Part shown: piece after piece, positions 30,847 through 32,000 of the stretch
Position numbering within the stretch: position 1 is the first letter of the stretch
Layout: every line of letters starts with the position of its first letter
From: Candidatus Woesearchaeota archaeon
Lineage (GTDB): Archaea; Nanobdellota; Nanobdellia; Nanobdellales; CAZNIQ01
Direction of reading: 5' to 3'
DNA length: 32,000 bases
NCBI GenBank assembly: GCA_964573185.1
Contig: CAZNIQ010000005.1
Span: 439-32,438 of the forward strand
Translations under genes and position numbers: made by a program
Notes under the pieces: generated by a model
What the model was told of the DNA's origin: nothing
Seen by the model: only the letters and a program-made list of their open reading frames with translations
Databases searched by the model: none

Positions 30847-31722
30847 ATGTTTGGAGATGTTAAATCCGTCGCAGTAGTTGGTGCGTCCCCAAAAGAAGGA
30901 AAAGCTGGAAATATAATTCTAAAAAATTTCATTAAGAGATTTAAAGGAAAAATTTTTGCGGTAAATCCAAAGTATAAAGAGGTTTTAGGCGTCCCTTGTT
31001 TTCCTACAGTTAAAGACATATCTGAAGATATTGATTTAGTTGTAATAGCAGTTCCTGCTGAGAAAGTACCAAAAGTAGTAAAAGATGCTTCTGAAAAAGG
31101 AGTTAAGTATGCTATTATAATTTCTGCTGGATTCTCAGAAGTAGGAAGAAAGGATTTAGAGGAAGAAATATTAAAATATAAGGGAGATATGAAAATTATT
31201 GGACCTAATGGTTTAGGGGTTTACGATCCTTATTCTGGTATAGATACTTTCTTTATAGAGGAATCAAGAGTTCCAAGACCACCTAAAGGAAATATAGCAA
31301 TATTATCTCAATCAGGTGCTATAGCTTTAGCATTAATGGAATGGCTGGCTTTACATAACATTGGAGTATCAATTATAGTTTCTTATGGCAATAAAATAGA
31401 TTTAGATGAAGTAGATTTCCTTAAGATGTTAAAAGAAGATAAAAATACTAAGTATATTTTCATGTATCTTGAAGGCTTGAAGCCTGGGAGGGGGAAAGAA
31501 TTTATTAAAATTGCTAAAGAATTGTATAAAGAAGGTAAAAGGATTATAGCTTTAAAGGCCGGAAAATCTAGAAGAGGAAAAGTTGCAGTTAGTTCTCATA
31601 CGGCGTCTATGGCAGGAGAATATGAAGTTTATAAGTTTGCTTTTAAACAAGCTCATATAATTGAAGCTAAAAACATGGAAGAGATGTTGATTTATTTAAA
31701 GACTTTGAGTTACTTCGGATAA
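30847..31722 (+). CDS. ADP-forming acyl/acetyl-CoA synthetase alpha-type protein, short form (CoA-binding + CoA-ligase domains only)
   Basis: VAVVGASPKEGKAGN, VNPKY..VLG..CF, DLVVIAVPAEKV, IIISAGFSE, IGPNGLG, and phosphohistidine loop SSHTASMAG. It stops at 291 aa, whereas ACD alpha subunits as I recall them are about 460 aa. Confidence 0.75.
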   Translation: MFGDVKSVAVVGASPKEGKAGNIILKNFIKRFKGKIFAVNPKYKEVLGVPCFPTVKDISEDIDLVVIAVPAEKVPKVVKDASEKGVKYAIIISAGFSEVGRKDLEEEILKYKGDMKIIGPNGLGVYDPYSGIDTFFIEESRVPRPPKGNIAILSQSGAIALALMEWLALHNIGVSIIVSYGNKIDLDEVDFLKMLKEDKNTKYIFMYLEGLKPGRGKEFIKIAKELYKEGKRIIALKAGKSRRGKVAVSSHTASMAGEYEVYKFAFKQAHIIEAKNMEEMLIYLKTLSYFG

Positions 31723-31723
31723 A

Positions 31724-32000
31724 CTATAAAACTTTTACTCCTTCTTTTTTAGCTATTTCCTTTAACTTTTCATCATAGGTAAACAAACCAGCCTTTAATC
31801 TTTTAGCTACTGGAATTAAAATTAAATTATCTATCTCTTTTAATAAAACATTGTATTTTCTAGCCAATTCTCATTAAAGAAATCTTCTAAGAAAGTATCA
31901 ACTAAAATAGAAGTGCTCTTTATTTCTTCAACTGCTTTATAGATTTCGCTCTCTTCAATTTTCAATTTGTGTTTACAAACTAAAATAAATTTTATTAAAA
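31724..32000 (-). pseudogene. Possible frame-disrupted PIN/VapC-like gene (runs off the window)
   Basis: My translation: one minus frame gives ...IEESEIYKAVEEIKSTSILVDTFLEDFFNENWLENTMFY-stop (stop at 31840-31842). A second frame from 31870 gives ELARKYNVLLKEIDNLILIPVAKRLKAGLFTYDEKLKEIAKKEGVKVL-stop (31724-31726). The ILVDT and TYDEKL...GVKV motifs look like the two ends of a PIN domain. Confidence 0.25.

Noticed and set aside
30834-31019. 61-aa minus-strand ORF overlapping the start of the acyl-CoA synthetase gene
   Set aside because: It is antisense to a conserved CoA-binding domain, and its upstream region is occupied by the C/D sRNA and promoters.

Overview
This is a very AT-rich, almost gap-free archaeal window. 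Archaeal markers include aIF2-gamma, Rpo3/RpoD, eS19, RNase P Rpp21, TFE-alpha, an HMf-type histone, a type-2 MetAP, FBP aldolase/phosphatase and Cdc48. The only GC-rich islands are structural RNAs, which is typical of a hyperthermophile. Many genes overlap, divergent spacers are only 33-51 nt, and canonical operons are scrambled. That suggests a small-genome lineage, possibly DPANN/Nanoarchaeota-like, but this is inference and I cannot name the organism. Supported features are about 40 CDSs, an orphan 5S rRNA, tRNA-Gly(UCC), two textbook C/D-box sRNAs plus one weaker candidate (none visible in the ORF track), and two inteins. One is a 188-aa mini-intein splitting the P-loop of a KlbA/FlaI-type secretion ATPase. 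The other is a 391-aa LAGLIDADG intein in Cdc48 domain D2. The best candidates for an undescribed system follow. (1) A translationally coupled operon of the intein-bearing secretion ATPase, a two-domain FlaJ/TadC-like platform and an Nre-like protein ending in a PIP box, facing two coiled-coil genes, with no pilin gene in sight. (2) A second FlaI-like ATPase divergent from a half-size platform that carries a 200-aa coiled-coil extension. (3) A C/D sRNA whose guide is complementary to helix I of the 5S rRNA encoded in this window. (4) A 5S rRNA apparently co-transcribed with mgtC and an RNase P subunit gene. (5) A tfe/E1-like/ubiquitin-like operon. (6) A cluster of Cys-rich membrane-anchored proteins. 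I saw no CRISPR array, transposase, integrase or recognisable defence genes.
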